DNA of 64,000 nucleotides. Origin: Piedraia hortae CBS 480.64 (lineage: Eukaryota). Below the pieces are notes generated by a model. The model made no database searches and was not told where the DNA came from. It was given only the letters and a program-made list of their open reading frames with translations. How positions within the stretch are numbered: position 1 is the first letter of the stretch; the number at the start of each line of letters is the position of its first letter. The DNA lies in contig MU006002.1 in assembly GCA_010093745.1 (NCBI GenBank), positions 62,001-126,000 on the forward strand, written 5' to 3'. Below are positions 1 to 12,322 of the stretch, one piece after another. A program made the translations under genes and the position numbers.

Positions 1-2710
1 GATCGGCTGCGATGAGGCGTTACCAGGGCAATGTGCAGACTTTCCGAGAAAAGGACGGACATGAGCTGGTGTAAATCCATCGTTCCCACTCAAGTCAGTT
101 TGCCGTCCAAATGATCCTAAAGCCTGATTGAAAGGACCTATAGAAACAACTTTGCCAAAATCCTCGAATCTGCCTACGCGTACCCTATCATAGAACGAGT
201 GCTCCTTCACTGCATGGCCCTATGCCAGCCGATCCATCCCCTAAGGCGCTCCAACCCTTTGCCGTGACAAGAGAGCAGTGCGAGCCTTTTGTAGAACAGT
301 GTGAAAGTCATGTGCAGAAGTTTGCCGTGGGCCGGGCGGGATGTTTGTGCTGAATGTATTATTGTCTATGATACAGGGGTCAACGACAGCCGAAACCTCG
401 TCGTTTCCGAGTATACCCAAACCCTTATCACCAAACTGTTTCCATGCACGCTACACCGCCAGCGAAGAAAAGCCGTTTGACCGCGACCAGTGCACTGCCC
501 GCTTCCGCTCCAGCTGTAGCCTCTCGGCCGGGAGCTCAATGCGTACTCTTATGTCGGCTTCAAAAGTTTGCTCGATTTGTCCTTGTCGGCCTCGAGGACG
601 CTGCCCTCTGATGCGATCTCCTGCTCTGGGTGTGCGGTTACGCACTGCGTGGCTGTTTTGCGATGACGGGGCCTGCTCTTCTATCGGCGGCATTAGGGTG
701 GCGCGAACATCGGCGACTTCCTCGGGCCCCACTGGCACCTCAGCAGAGTCATTCTCTGCTTGCTCATCAGCAGAGACACTGGACTCGCTTGAGTCGTCGT
801 CTGGGCCTGGGGTTGTGCCTGATTGGATGCAGGGCGCTGCGACCTGTGGGCGGTTGCCCTCCACAAGAGCTTCCATACGTTTAAACCTGCAGATTTTGTT
901 CAATTTTGCGGTGATGGCTTCTTCTGGTGGAGGCTGCCCATTCCCTCGAACACCGGATCCGGTCTGGTTCTTCTAAGACGTGAAGTCTGGGACCAAAGGT
1001 ATGTGTAACTGTGTACGTCTCTACGTGCTAAGAGCTAACGCAACGTCTTCTACAGACCCACAGTTCGCCAGACCGCATTTGCCGAGACCACGCGATGACG
1101 TGATCTCGTCACAGAAGCAAACTCCTCTGAGGCAGAAAACCCTGCGAAGCCTCGGGCGTTCTAACTTCACCGATCTAACTCATCTGACACAGGGCTCACC
1201 GTGCTATCTTCTTGGCTTTGGCCGTGCGGTAAATCTTCATCCACGTGTTCAACCTCTGCTTGATCATTTTTATACGTCGTTAATTCTCCAATTCCCAGCC
1301 AACTCGTGTAGGCCAGGACCTAAGAGCTGGGTTTTGCATTTAGTGATGTTTGCGACTCTTCGCGGAAACGAAGGAGCTTGTTCAGTTTACTGTCGTCCCA
1401 GAAATCTCTGGTACGTGTCGACGGCCTGCCAAACTGTTTTTGATCCAGGGAAAATACTTTCTTCTCTAGCCGGTTCCTGGTAAACTTGACGATGAAATGA
1501 TCGTCTGCACTGCCGCATGAGGGTAGCTCGGAGTGTTAAAGAGATGTGGCTTGCTTCTTTCATTACTTTAATTTGCCTTCGCTCTGCATTCTCCGACTCG
1601 ATTTGCGCCTCACCTCCCCATCGCTATATAGAAGGGCTATAGAAGGGCTATTGATATGAAGAAGCTCAGATTTTGCTCGAGGTGACCAACGCGCACGTGG
1701 AGCTGGAGAATCTCGTCCTTGCGCTCGGCGATATTGTCCTTTACAATGCAGGTAGTCAAGCGCTGCTTCACGCAGTCCCTCTTGATCTCAGACAGGTTTA
1801 TTGACTTCTGAGCATTTGAGTCCTCAAACCGAGCTTCTTGGCCTCGTAGCCTGACTGCACAAGCTATGACCATCTTCCAGGAGCCATAATATCCAGTTGT
1901 GGCAAGCCTCCGAAACCTAGCAGAATATCTTTAACTCCCCGAGCTTGGATCTTTTCTGCCACCACACGTGCAGTCGATTCTCCAGCAACATAGCGTAAGA
2001 ATCCCTAAACTCAGATGTGTGATTCGTCGATTTTCACATTCTCTTCGCCTATGCTGTCAAAATCAAATACAGTTGAATTTTGAGCACCTCACATCCGGCA
2101 CAGGTGTTTCTTGCCAAAGTTTCAGCAGCGAGAGCAACCAGGCTCCAAACGAAGTTGCCACATGCCTCGCGTTTACCATATCAGTTACCTTGAGGATCTT
2201 GTGTACTTGAGGGAAACATCTTCAGTGGGACTTCACCCCCAAGCAGGGTGTGGTTGTACGGTGCGTAGCTTCCCCGACGGCTACTAATAGATTGTCCCAG
2301 AAATACAAAGACATCTGCATTTGTACATTTGCCGTCATTGCTATGTCAACTTTTGGTGTTGAGGCAAGGGGGAACGTCGATTGCCCCAACGCTGAATTTT
2401 CTCAGTATTCTTACAAGATACATCAAGTACGACCGACCATTCCAGGCCATACGTGCCCGTCGGAAGCTCAATAGCGTACATGAGCGGGGTCGATGAACTT
2501 TATTGTGCCTGAGGAAAGCAGGTAAACGTCCTCAGCCTGCGTGGCCCTTACCCACCCGAGGGCATTAAGGCATTTTTGGCTCCCTTGGCAGCTCGCTGGG
2601 CTGGTTGTTTAAACCCGGTTGCCCATATTGACCTGATGCCTTTACATTCACGAGAGTATTCGGTCTGCGCCGCCTCGTGTAAGTCGCGAGATGTGGAAGG
2701 TGATGTTTGC
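1..2710 (-). pseudogene. Unidentified degenerate coding relic (coiled-coil-like and acidic low-complexity segments)
   Basis: Chain of protein-like minus-strand fragments (2548-2760, 1637-1873, 451-903) broken by stops and frameshifts; an 11-bp tandem duplication (TAGAAGGGCTA x2, 1629-1650) lies at one break. No family recognised; boundaries approximate. Confidence 0.3.
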
Positions 2711-3294
2711 CATGAGTGGTGAAGCTGCAAATGAATATGAGTATGGCGTGGGCTTGGCAAAAGCGGGCCACCCTTACCCTACCCCGCGCTCAGGCAGTTC
2801 TTTGATTGACCGCTCCTGGTCAAATCATGTGATGTGGAAATTACCGCATCTGTCTCACACGGAAATGCTTCCGTATAGTTGGGAGGGCGGAAGGGGTTCC
2901 ACAAGACACGACAGTTTTCCACATGTGAAGTGTAGACTTGGGCCCATTATGTTTCTGCCCTCTGATAGCCTTGCGAGGTTCTCGCGGAAAATTTTCGAGA
3001 TTTTCAAGGTTGAAGAATTAGAAAGGTGTGTTTGTAGACGGTGGATGGGTTGTCGCAGAACGAATTAAAGCTAATGGCATTAGTCCTCTATGTGGAAAGA
3101 AACATACATTCTACTTTTTGCGTCCATCACTCGTTCCACGGTATTGATATTGTGCTGGTCTGAATTGTGCACTCGTAGCGAGCATGATCCTAGTTATCGT
3201 TATGACGTTTCATCGTGACCACGATACCACCATCAGCTCCCCCTCGCTCAAAGACCCAAAAATCCCAGCAGAAACACCACTCAACCCCGTTTTG

Positions 3295-4736
3295 TTAAGT
3301 CCAGGGGCGTGAATACTGGAGGACTCCTACCTGGCAAACTGACGGGACGCCGCTTGTCCGGCCGCCCCAAATGTCGTGGATTTTACCAAGGTCGAGGGAG
3401 ACGACACAAGGAAACAGAGGCGTCATGATGCAGCCGAGCAGCTCTAGAGTTGCAATCCCAGATAGCGTGCATGCCCTGGTGTTTGGGCAGGCGTGCCCGA
3501 GCGCAATGAGCGTCCTAGCTGTGAGGGCTGTAGCGCCGTCGAAGATGAAGACTTCTAGTTTTGGCGTGGCGGCAAAGAAATCAATCATATGATCTTTCTT
3601 GAGTTGACGGCCCCTGGGACCAGCGACGTGCCAGGACGGGATTACATCCAGGACGCCGAGAAAGTAGAAAGCTTTGAAGGATTGAAAGGCTGCGGGGATG
3701 ATGTGGTCGGTATCCCGGTCTAATCGGTCGGTCGTGAAGCTGATTGACAGAGCCGAATATTCGTTCAGGATGAGAGGGTACATGCGTGGGACTGGTAGGA
3801 CTAGCCTCTTGCATTGGCCGCCCAGTTTTCGGAAGCTGGACACTCTTCCATTCGCGGTGTCGATCTCACGGTGGGCATGGATGACTTTTTGACAAGCGAA
3901 GAGCACCGGGCGTTTGTCGATGGGGTCGTAGGAATGCCCGGAGATTGCATCCCGGAGAGTGGATTCCTTTGGAATGTAGCACGCGCGGCAGGCCCCAAGT
4001 TTTTGGAGTAGTCACGTAATCTTTTCTCTCATTTTCATTTTGACGCTAGACATCCAGCTCATAGCGTTGTTAACCCACAAACGCTTGTAATTCTTCTGCT
4101 GGGAAAGGCGAGAGGCGATAATGGCCATCTGATTGGCACCGTGTGCGTGATCATTCATATTAGACAGATGAAGTTAGACGGATTCAAGATCGGTAAAGCG
4201 GTCCAAGCCCGCCGTAAGCATGGCCCAGTCGCGGGAGCGACCCGCGAAAGACAGGCGCCGGATATTGCTTGGGAGTGTATCAAGGATATTCTCCTCATAG
4301 TCCTCCATGGATCCAAGAGAGACCTGGATGTTGAGGCATATACGTACAGCTTGAAGCCGACGAATGATCAAACGGTCGACATTGTTTCTAAAGATGTTTG
4401 CCCACCACAAGTCGGGCGCAAACAGCTGGACTTCTCCCACCCTGTTTATGTAAATGTCTATTGACGGGTCCGTGAGGGTTTGGGGCTGAACGCTACGACA
4501 TAGGACGCTCAAAGCAAGATCTGCCCACGCTTGGTTGATTATTATGATGTGGTAAAGAGCGGCGTTGTCGCCCGCATTGTCTCGATGATCTTAAGATATA
4601 CCTCCTCTGGGACATGAAAGCTCAGGGGGCGTTTGCTGCGGTGGGTAATTTTCGTGCGGTGCGAGGACCTGGCCGTCATGGGAATTTGGAGGTTGATATT
4701 TGGGGATGTCATGATGTTAGAAAGGACGGTAGACAT
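3295..4736 (-). pseudogene. F-box-like/LRR-like protein pseudogene, copy 1
   Basis: F-box-like FHVPEEVYLKIIETM...(frameshift)INQAWADLALSVL, followed by LRR-like segments (PKLEVFIFDG, LIALGHACPNTRACTL) split over ORFs 4542-4736, 4174-4512 and 3295-3906; paralogous relic at 47834-48870. Confidence 0.6.
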
Positions 4737-5320
4737 GATGTGATAGTTGCAGAAAAGAGGGTGTTTAGGGTGGGAGAATCAGAATCTTTTAAGATACCAA
4801 GTTGTCACGCGATCAAGATACTTTACCCTCATTATCTTGCCAGAATGTTGTTCGAAGGAGCTTTCAGATGTGGAAAAACGTTTGAAAATGCTCGTTCAAT
4901 ATGAGGGAATAGTGCCTATCAGGTGGTGGTCACATGGAAGTCGTCTGTCTTGTTAAGACTACAAGAACGCGCTTCATACTTGATCATATACATATCTTCG
5001 CATAACCCGCGCAAACATTTCGCGCCCAGATTTTCAGTGCCCAAACATACTCCTGTATTTTTCACACTACAACTAAACAACTCAGGTGGCGGTACTGTAC
5101 CTCTTGTTGGAAGACAATTGTTGCGTAGCGTAATCGTTCTGAAGATTGAGTTTTTAACAAAGTAGTATTTTCTGATGTTCAGCAGCGAGCTTAGATACAA
5201 CTAGCTTCTTTGTTCAGACAGTCTCAAGTATCACTCCATTGACCCACTGTCCTCTTTATTATGCCCTTTGAGAATTTTGCTATACAGGATTCTTCTTTGT
5301 ACAGTCTTTATCAGGCCGAG

Positions 5321-5626
5321 TGTCGGAGGGGTGAACCTCCGAGGACTAGAGCGGAGTGGATGTCAACGACGAAAGTTTTCACTCAACTTTTACTGAAAAA
5401 GGTGAAAATGTAATTGTCTCTCTCTATGAGGTGAGGTTCGAAACCTCCCCCACACTACCTCAGTCTAACCGCATTTGCCAGGACAACGTCAGCGAACCAT
5501 GCCCTTAAGCATGAACGAGACAATGACCCGTCTCAGGGAAAACTTCCTCTATAGAGGTAAAAACCCTGAGAAGTTTCGACTTCTATCTATGGTTCTAATC
5601 ATGGTGGGTGCTACATCCTTTTGACA
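5321..5626. mobile_element. Solo LTR, family B (306 bp), TSD CCGAG
   Basis: TGTC...GACA termini; perfect 5-bp direct repeat CCGAG at 5316-5320 and 5627-5631; second copy at 40526-40831 (about 94% identical by manual count). Confidence 0.9.
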
Positions 5627-6194
5627 CCGAGGTATGGCACTGATACCTCTCAACAACACCTCGTTCCTCTCTCTTTCCCCTTAATCAATCCACATGATCC
5701 GAAACACTACAATTTCAACTTCTCACCACAAAGCGTCCTCAACGCGAGATAAATTTCAGTCGGCAAAGTAGGGCTTGGAAAGTTTGTGGAAAAATCGCAC
5801 GCACCAAGTGCAAACTCTAATTCGTGACTTTCTTGTTCGATTATTCAAGGAGGATTGAGGTGAAGGCGCAGATGATATCGATATATTGAGATAATTGTTT
5901 GAATTGGACGATCCTCGTCTGTAAGTTACAGGGCAGGGATGACTTATCATAAAGTCTGCCATGACGTCATCTGATATCATTTCCTCTGAAACACTTTCAC
6001 ATTCTCAGTTTTTCATCGCAAAATCGTCGATTAAATGACACAGACGATCTACATTGCCCTTTGTACGAAAGAAAAGCCAACATCAGTACACGTCTGTTGC
6101 GGGTAATCACTGGCATTCATCACATCGCTATCAGTCTCCATATTCACAAAAGTGTTCATATTGCACGGGCATTTAGAAAATTATCTTTGACACC

Positions 6195-7719
6195 CTATGC
6201 CGTGTAGGTCGATGCAGAAACATCACCTCCCCGTCCAGTCCAGTTGACATGAATGTCCTTGCCTTCAGGATACTTCTGGCTGGCGTATTCAGGCTTGATG
6301 CGGAAAGTGTGCGCGCCGAAGTAGTCGCGCTGTGCTTGTAGCAAGTTTGCGGGGAGATCTTTAGTGCGAATACCGTCGTAGAAGGCCAGGGCTGTGGCAA
6401 AGGCCGGTGTTGGGATACCCCAACTGACGGCCTTGCTGACGGTGTCGCGCCAACCAGGTTGCGCCTTGTGGATTGCTTTGTTGAAAAAATCGTCGTACAG
6501 AAGGTTCTCTAGATCTGGGTTCGCCCGGTAAGCTTTGGTTATGTCCTTGAGGAATACTGAGCGGATGATGCAACCACCGCGCCACATAAGGGCAATCTCC
6601 GGCTTCTGCAACTTCCAGTTATATTCTTTAGCGGCCGCCTGCATCAACATAAAACCCTGCGCATACGAAATGATCTTGGAAGCGTAAAGGGCTTGCTCGA
6701 GGTTGGCCAGCGCCTCTTTCAGATCACCCTTGAAGTCGGGCTCAGGTCCAGACAATCGCTTGCTAGCATCGATACGCTCTCCCTTGAGGGATGACAGGCA
6801 ACGCGAAAACACAGCTTCACCAATCAACGTGACTGGCTGACCCATATCAAGGGCGTTGATGGCTGTCCACTTGCCCGTTCCTTTCTGACCGGCGCAATCG
6901 AGAATCTTCTCCACCAAGGGCTTACCATCGTCATCGTTGAAGTACAGGATATCGCGAGTGATCTCGATCAAAAAGGAATCTAGAACACCCTTGTTCCACT
7001 CCGCAAACGTGTCACCCATTTGCTTGTCACTCATCTTGAACCCACGCTTCATGAGGTCATATGCTTCACAGATGAGCTGCATATCGCCGTATTCGATGCC
7101 ATTATGCACCATCTTAACATAGTGTCCAGCGCCCTCATCACCAACCCACTGGCAACAGGGCTCACCATCACTCTTCGCCGAGATGCTCTGGAGTACGTCC
7201 TTGATGTACGGCCAGGCCTCCTCGTTACCACCAGGCATGATGGACGGGCCCCAGCGGGCGCCTTCTTCGCCGCCTGAAACGCCACTGCCGACAAAGCGAA
7301 TATGCTTCGAGGCCAAATACTTGGTGCGACGATTGGTATCAGGGTAGTGGGAATTGCCGCCATCGATTATAATGTCGCCTGGCTCGATACCGGCCTTGAG
7401 GAGCGTCTCGATGAAGTCGTCCACAGGCTTGCCGGCCATGACCAACAGCATGATGCGTCTAGGCTTCTTCAGCAGCTTGACGAACTCTTCAATCGAGTGT
7501 GCACCAATGATGCTCTTGCCTTTGGCCTCGTGTTGCAAGAACCGATCAACTTTGGACACGGTCCGATTGTAGGCAATGACGGTGAAGCCGTGGTCTGCCG
7601 CGTTAAGGATGAGGTTCTGCCCCATGACCGCAAGGCCAATAAGGCCGAAATCTCCGCTAACGAGTTTAGCATGCTAACAGGCAGTGAAAATCTCACACTT
7701 ACGGAGGCTGTTGAGACAT
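6195..7719 (-). CDS. GND1: 6-phosphogluconate dehydrogenase, decarboxylating
   Basis: GLIGLAVMGQNL, IIIDGGNS, GVSGGEEGA, VKMVHNGIEYGDMQ and QRDYFGAH motifs; exon 1 at 7719-7703 (MSQQP), GTAAGT...TAG intron 7702-7657, exon 2 at 7656-6195. Confidence 0.97.
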
Positions 7720-7832
7720 AGTGATAGTAGGTCAGTAAGTGTCAGTCAGTGTAGTATCACACAGGTAGGAGAGATGGAAGGTGGAAGAGTTTTAATGGTA
7801 GGAGGGGTGGACGTTTGAATGGTGGGGGTGAA

Positions 7833-7840
7833 TACGTCAT
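7833..7840 (-). promoter_or_regulatory. CRE-like bZIP (Atf1-type) site ATGACGTA in the divergent GND1/RRM promoter
   Basis: Motif match about 115 bp upstream of the GND1 ATG; short motif that could occur by chance. Confidence 0.25.
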
Positions 7841-8046
7841 TGAGGACTTCCTTTGTAATTGCTGAGAAAAAGCTAATCATTCACTCGGCCAAACTGACAG
7901 CAATCAATTGGCCGTGGCCAGACTCGCAGACTCGTTGTCGTGCATTGGTGACATCATGAGGGGCACGTTTGGCCGGGCCGGGCCGTGACCTGCCGTAATC
8001 GATCACATTACATAATCCGTTGCAAGCCAATACAATCCAATCGAAG

Positions 8047-8790
8047 ATGAACCATGACGCCTATGGCAACGCTGGGTACGCCTATCCGTCTGGTTATGCA
8101 GACCCTTATGCTCAACCACAACAGTATCCAGCCGCACCACTAATACAGAATCCCTTTGGGGCGACGCCGGCGGGCCCATCTAACACGTATAACCCGGAAT
8201 ACGAGGCGGCGATTGCGCAGTGGCAGTCGGCTTACGTGCCTACTGAAGAGCAGAGTCGAAGGGCAGCTGCGAATACAGCTCGCGGTGCGGCGGGGACCCA
8301 AGATGGCGCCCAGACCAAGGGAGAAAAGAAAAAAACCGTGATACGAAAGGGCGGCGGGCAGACGTGGGAAGACAAAACGCTTCTCGAGTGGGACCCAACG
8401 CAATTTCGCATCATGGTTGGAAATCTGGCCGGCGAAGTGACGGATGACTCCCTTGCTAAAGCCTTTGCGGCGTACGGCGTCTCTAAGGCGCGCGTCATAC
8501 GCGATAAACGCACAACAAAGTCAAAAGGTTATGGGTTTGTGTCGTTCTTAGACGGAGAGCAGGGATTCAAAGCAGCGCGAGAAATGGTGGGCAAATACAT
8601 AGGCAGTCATCCGGTCACGATACAACGAAGCAAGACGGATATCCGGCCGGTCACACTAAAGCAGGATAAGCACAAGAACAAGAGTAAAAAGCCAGACAAG
8701 GCAAAGAAAGGAGATGTCTTACGTGCAAATACTGGCTCTGGTGTAGAGAAGAAGACTGGCAAACAGTCTGGTATCAAGTTCCTAGGCTGA
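8047..8790 (+). CDS. RRM RNA-binding protein, RBM42-like
   Basis: KTVIRKGGGQTWEDKTLLEWDP followed by an RRM (IMVGNL, KSKGYGFVSF); first in-frame ATG at 8047. Confidence 0.88.
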   Translation: MNHDAYGNAGYAYPSGYADPYAQPQQYPAAPLIQNPFGATPAGPSNTYNPEYEAAIAQWQSAYVPTEEQSRRAAANTARGAAGTQDGAQTKGEKKKTVIRKGGGQTWEDKTLLEWDPTQFRIMVGNLAGEVTDDSLAKAFAAYGVSKARVIRDKRTTKSKGYGFVSFLDGEQGFKAAREMVGKYIGSHPVTIQRSKTDIRPVTLKQDKHKNKSKKPDKAKKGDVLRANTGSGVEKKTGKQSGIKFLG

Positions 8791-9238
8791 ATCTGTATCA
8801 ATACTTTATAAACGAGCCTATGCGAATAATGATTTGCTGAAGTGCTGGCCGGCACGTCTAAATTGCCAACCAACTTGGACGTGACATCAGAAGGGTGTGA
8901 GCCTGATTGACGAGGATTTGACTAGACGACGATGTAAGTGCAACTTGGCACGGCTGGTTGATTCCTGCATCGTGCTTTCATAACACGAAGTGATATGCCC
9001 CGTGGCCGAGCCCGAGTGAGCGTGAGCAGTATGTATCGTGATCGAACCTAACCACAGGGGCTTCGACAATTGTGGGACCACCGATTTTTGTGGTTTGGTG
9101 GCTAGCCACTAAAACCTGCACCCCGTGACAGTTGTCAGGCAAACTGACAGATAAAAGTTACGTTCCCCAGGCGGTTAGCGCACTTGTCAACTGCGACTGC
9201 CCCCGCCCCAACCAACGTGGGCAACAACAAGCGATACC

Positions 9239-10353
9239 ATGGCCGAAGATATGGCTACCAAAGCCCCCGAAAGCGATGCACAGGCAGTCAGCGGCATTCC
9301 AGGTGATACGAAGCCTGACCAGGGTGCTACGAGCATGGTCGTATGCTGTCACCCTAGTCACCATCCCTAACTAAGTCACTAAAAGGAAACAGGAACATTG
9401 CGTGACAGACAGGCCGACGCGTGAGTAGGGTTGACAAGGCAAGTTCAGGACTAACTAGAACAGCCGCTGGCGAAAAACCCACCGGGGTATGTGACATTGG
9501 GTAGGATGCATCAGGGCGCTAAGACATGCAGGACACAAGCAAACTCGGCGACGTTGAGGTCTACATCTCGAAGCCTGCCGACTATCCACATGTTTCTTCA
9601 AGACTGCTGCTTCTCTTGACTGGCGGGACAGGCGTCCACAGCGTTAACAACCAGCTCCAAGCGGACAAGTATGCCTCAGAGGGATTTGTTGTGGTGATGC
9701 CAGACCAGTAAGGATCTTCACCTGGATTCAAAAGAAGACCTAACATAATCTATAGGTTCGGTGGGGACTCTGCGCCTTCGACGAATACAACAGCAATGTC
9801 GTCGGCCGAAGAAAATTCTACCCTCATCGAACAGGTCAAACTCGGTGTTGCCACAGTTGCCAAGTCGTTCACCATCGACATGTGGCTAGCCAGGCAGACG
9901 CCTGAAAAGGTGCTTCCTCGCCTTCAAGCAGTGCTCAAATCAGCTCGCGAAGAGTTTGCCGATGCTGTGTCCCAGGGTGACGGTGTCTATGCAGTCGGCT
10001 ATTGTGTCGGAGCCAAATACGTCGTGCTGCTGGGCGCAGAAGACGAAGCTGAGAAGAAGCCGGCGATTAAGTGCGGTGCAATTGCTCATGGGTTGCAAAT
10101 TTCACCAGCTGAATTGAGCAGCGTCAAGGTGCCGCTAAGCGTGGTGGCTGTGGAAGGGGACCCCATGTTTCCAGATGATGTGAGAGAAGAAGGAATGAAA
10201 GCCCTGGAGAAAAGCAGTGTGGAGCACGAATGCTGTGTGTATTCGGGCGTTCCCCATGGGTTCGCCGTTGTTGGCGAGTATGAAGAGAGCCAGATCGTGA
10301 CAAAGCAGAAAGAGGCGTTTGAGCAGATGCTCAGTTGGCTGAAGAGACATTGA
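9239..10353 (+). CDS. Dienelactone hydrolase family protein (4 short introns)
   Basis: EHCVTDRP, VYISKPADYP, QADKYASEGFVVVMPD, nucleophile motif GYCVGA and HGFA; exons joined by GTATGC, GTGAGT, GTATGT and GTAAGG...AG introns. Confidence 0.88.
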
Positions 10354-10359
10354 GTATGT

Positions 10360-11102
10360 TCATATCAGCTCAACATCCCCTTTTTTTACCAACTGGACTA
10401 CTGAACTCCACCTCAAGACCCAGACGTCGCCTCGCTTCAGCTCGACCCGCACTGGGCCGGATTCTCCGTGTAGTCTCAGCCGCCCGGCATCGCGCATGAC
10501 GCGGCAAAAAACAACGCTGTCGCTTTCAGGAGCGTCAACCATGCTGATGCCGCCTGACGTGTCATCGAGCCTCTGCAATGCGGAGGGAAATGAGGAGAGG
10601 AAAGCGGCATTGTAATGTGCTGAGAGCAGAGCCTGATGAGTCTCCAAATACTGCTGCTCGAGACTGGAGAGTGCAGGGTCTTCTGAGGTCCTCGTACGGT
10701 AATAATGAGGGTACCGGTCGATCTGCTACATCAGCTCAACAGTTCGTTTAGTAGAAATAGTATCAACCTTTTGCAATCGAACACGCACAAACGATCGAAG
10801 CAGGAACTTGACCCTTTCCAGATCAGTCTGGAGAATGACGAGGGCAAAATGGTCCGTGGCCGCCACCTCCTCCAACGCATTTACCTGATGCCAATCAGCC
10901 TTCATTTCTAGGATTAGTAGGGTTGACCTGCATGTTGGCGCATCCTGGCCATGACGCGGTCGATCAGCTCAGAGGGGTAGGGAAGGAGATCGGGAGAGCA
11001 GCGCTCGTGCACCCAGGCACGCACCATCTCTTGCAAGTCGAGATCATTGTGAGGGCGGACAGGCGTGGAGACCTGATCGAGAATATCCTGTATGTCTTCC
11101 AT
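10360..11102 (-). CDS. SLD5: GINS complex subunit Sld5
   Basis: RAWVHERCSPDLLPYP, LQTDLERVKFLLRSFVRVRLQKID, VFCRV and GDVWVLRWSSV...GDVELI; introns 10931-10885 (GC-AG) and 10767-10723. Confidence 0.92.
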
Positions 11103-11321
11103 TGTGGGTGTAAATAACGGCGAATAATTATGGGGCTATTGCAGGTGGTCCCTGCGTTTGGGCCCCACGCTCGAAGTGAACGGTGCACACTTTCTGATTC
11201 ATCCACCGTTTTGATTTTAGGGCGAGAGTTAGGCGACTGACTAACCGGGTGAATTCCATTCGCGGGCTGGCGTTCAGCCATTCTTCACCTTGTGCGTGGC
11301 CGATAAACGCACAGAACCACC

Positions 11322-12031
11322 ATGTCTAAGTCGTCGTCTGCGGGCGGCGGGATGCCTGCAGATTCCATGGACACGCTGGTCAAGTCGATTGGCGCACGGT
11401 ATTTATTCCTTTTGAAGGTATCCGAGCTGTACTGACCTCGACCGCAGCTTGCAGATCACGACGGTGCCACCGCACTCGCAGACCTATGAGGGGACGCTCG
11501 TTAGCGCTTGTCCCTTGATGCCGACGCTGACCATCAGCACCAAAAACACCCCTGCCTCTCATCCTGGCGACTACCGCATCTTCACCGTCTCGAGTCTTCA
11601 GAACTATCAAATTATTGCGCCGGCCGAAAACCCCGAAGATGGTGTGCTGGCCCAGTTGGTGGCGGTGGACAGCAAACGATTGCGTCGGCGTGAAGAGCAG
11701 GCCATAAAGAAGCTCAAAGACGAGGAAAAGAATCGCGGTAAGGGAGTGACCAAGGAGGGTCAGGCTCTCTATGATTCGCTCAGAAGAATGTACGCTATCG
11801 CTCTCTATATTGCTTATTACAAGGCTAATGCGATGCAGCAATATGCCGATCAAATGGCAGAACCAGAATATGGTCGTTCACGAGGTGGTTGTCATCTCTC
11901 CACCGTATCGCCCCGAGGACTGTCGCGGTCCCAAGGAGAAGCAGGAGGCAATCAATCGTGTCAAGAAGGTGCTCGAGGGCGAGCGGCGCAAGCTAAAGGA
12001 GAGAGAGAAGGGAGAGCTCAAAGGGGGGTAA
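11322..12031 (+). CDS. Lsm12-like protein (LSM plus anticodon-binding-like AD domain)
   Basis: IGARLQIT...YEGTL, GKGVTKEGQALYDSL, MPIKW, VVISPPYRPEDC and RVKKVLEGERRKL; introns 11399-11447 and 11790-11838. Confidence 0.82.
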
Positions 12032-12322
12032 TGCATGTACGATTATCAGGCAGCCTTGATACCCATCAGCTACCAGTCTATCCTATGGCGGTAGCATATG
12101 TAATTGTACTGCTGAGCCCCAGTCCTTTGTCTCGATGAAAAAGGTATCTGTAAACAGCAGTAGTGGCGGTCGCCGGTCGGTTCCCCACGACATCGGCCGT
12201 TTGCTGTCAAGGCCATGCCGCTTGATGAGGTCAGAGCCCCACCCTGCCCCACTTCCATCTGTCATTGTCAAACAGCCAATCATTTGAGCACTGCACTCGC
12301 ACGGCATTCGTTCAGAACCGCC

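Noticed and set aside
9040..9110. Sm-site-like GATTTTTGTGG with small hairpins
   Set aside because: No recognisable U1, U2, U4, U5 or telomerase template sequence nearby.
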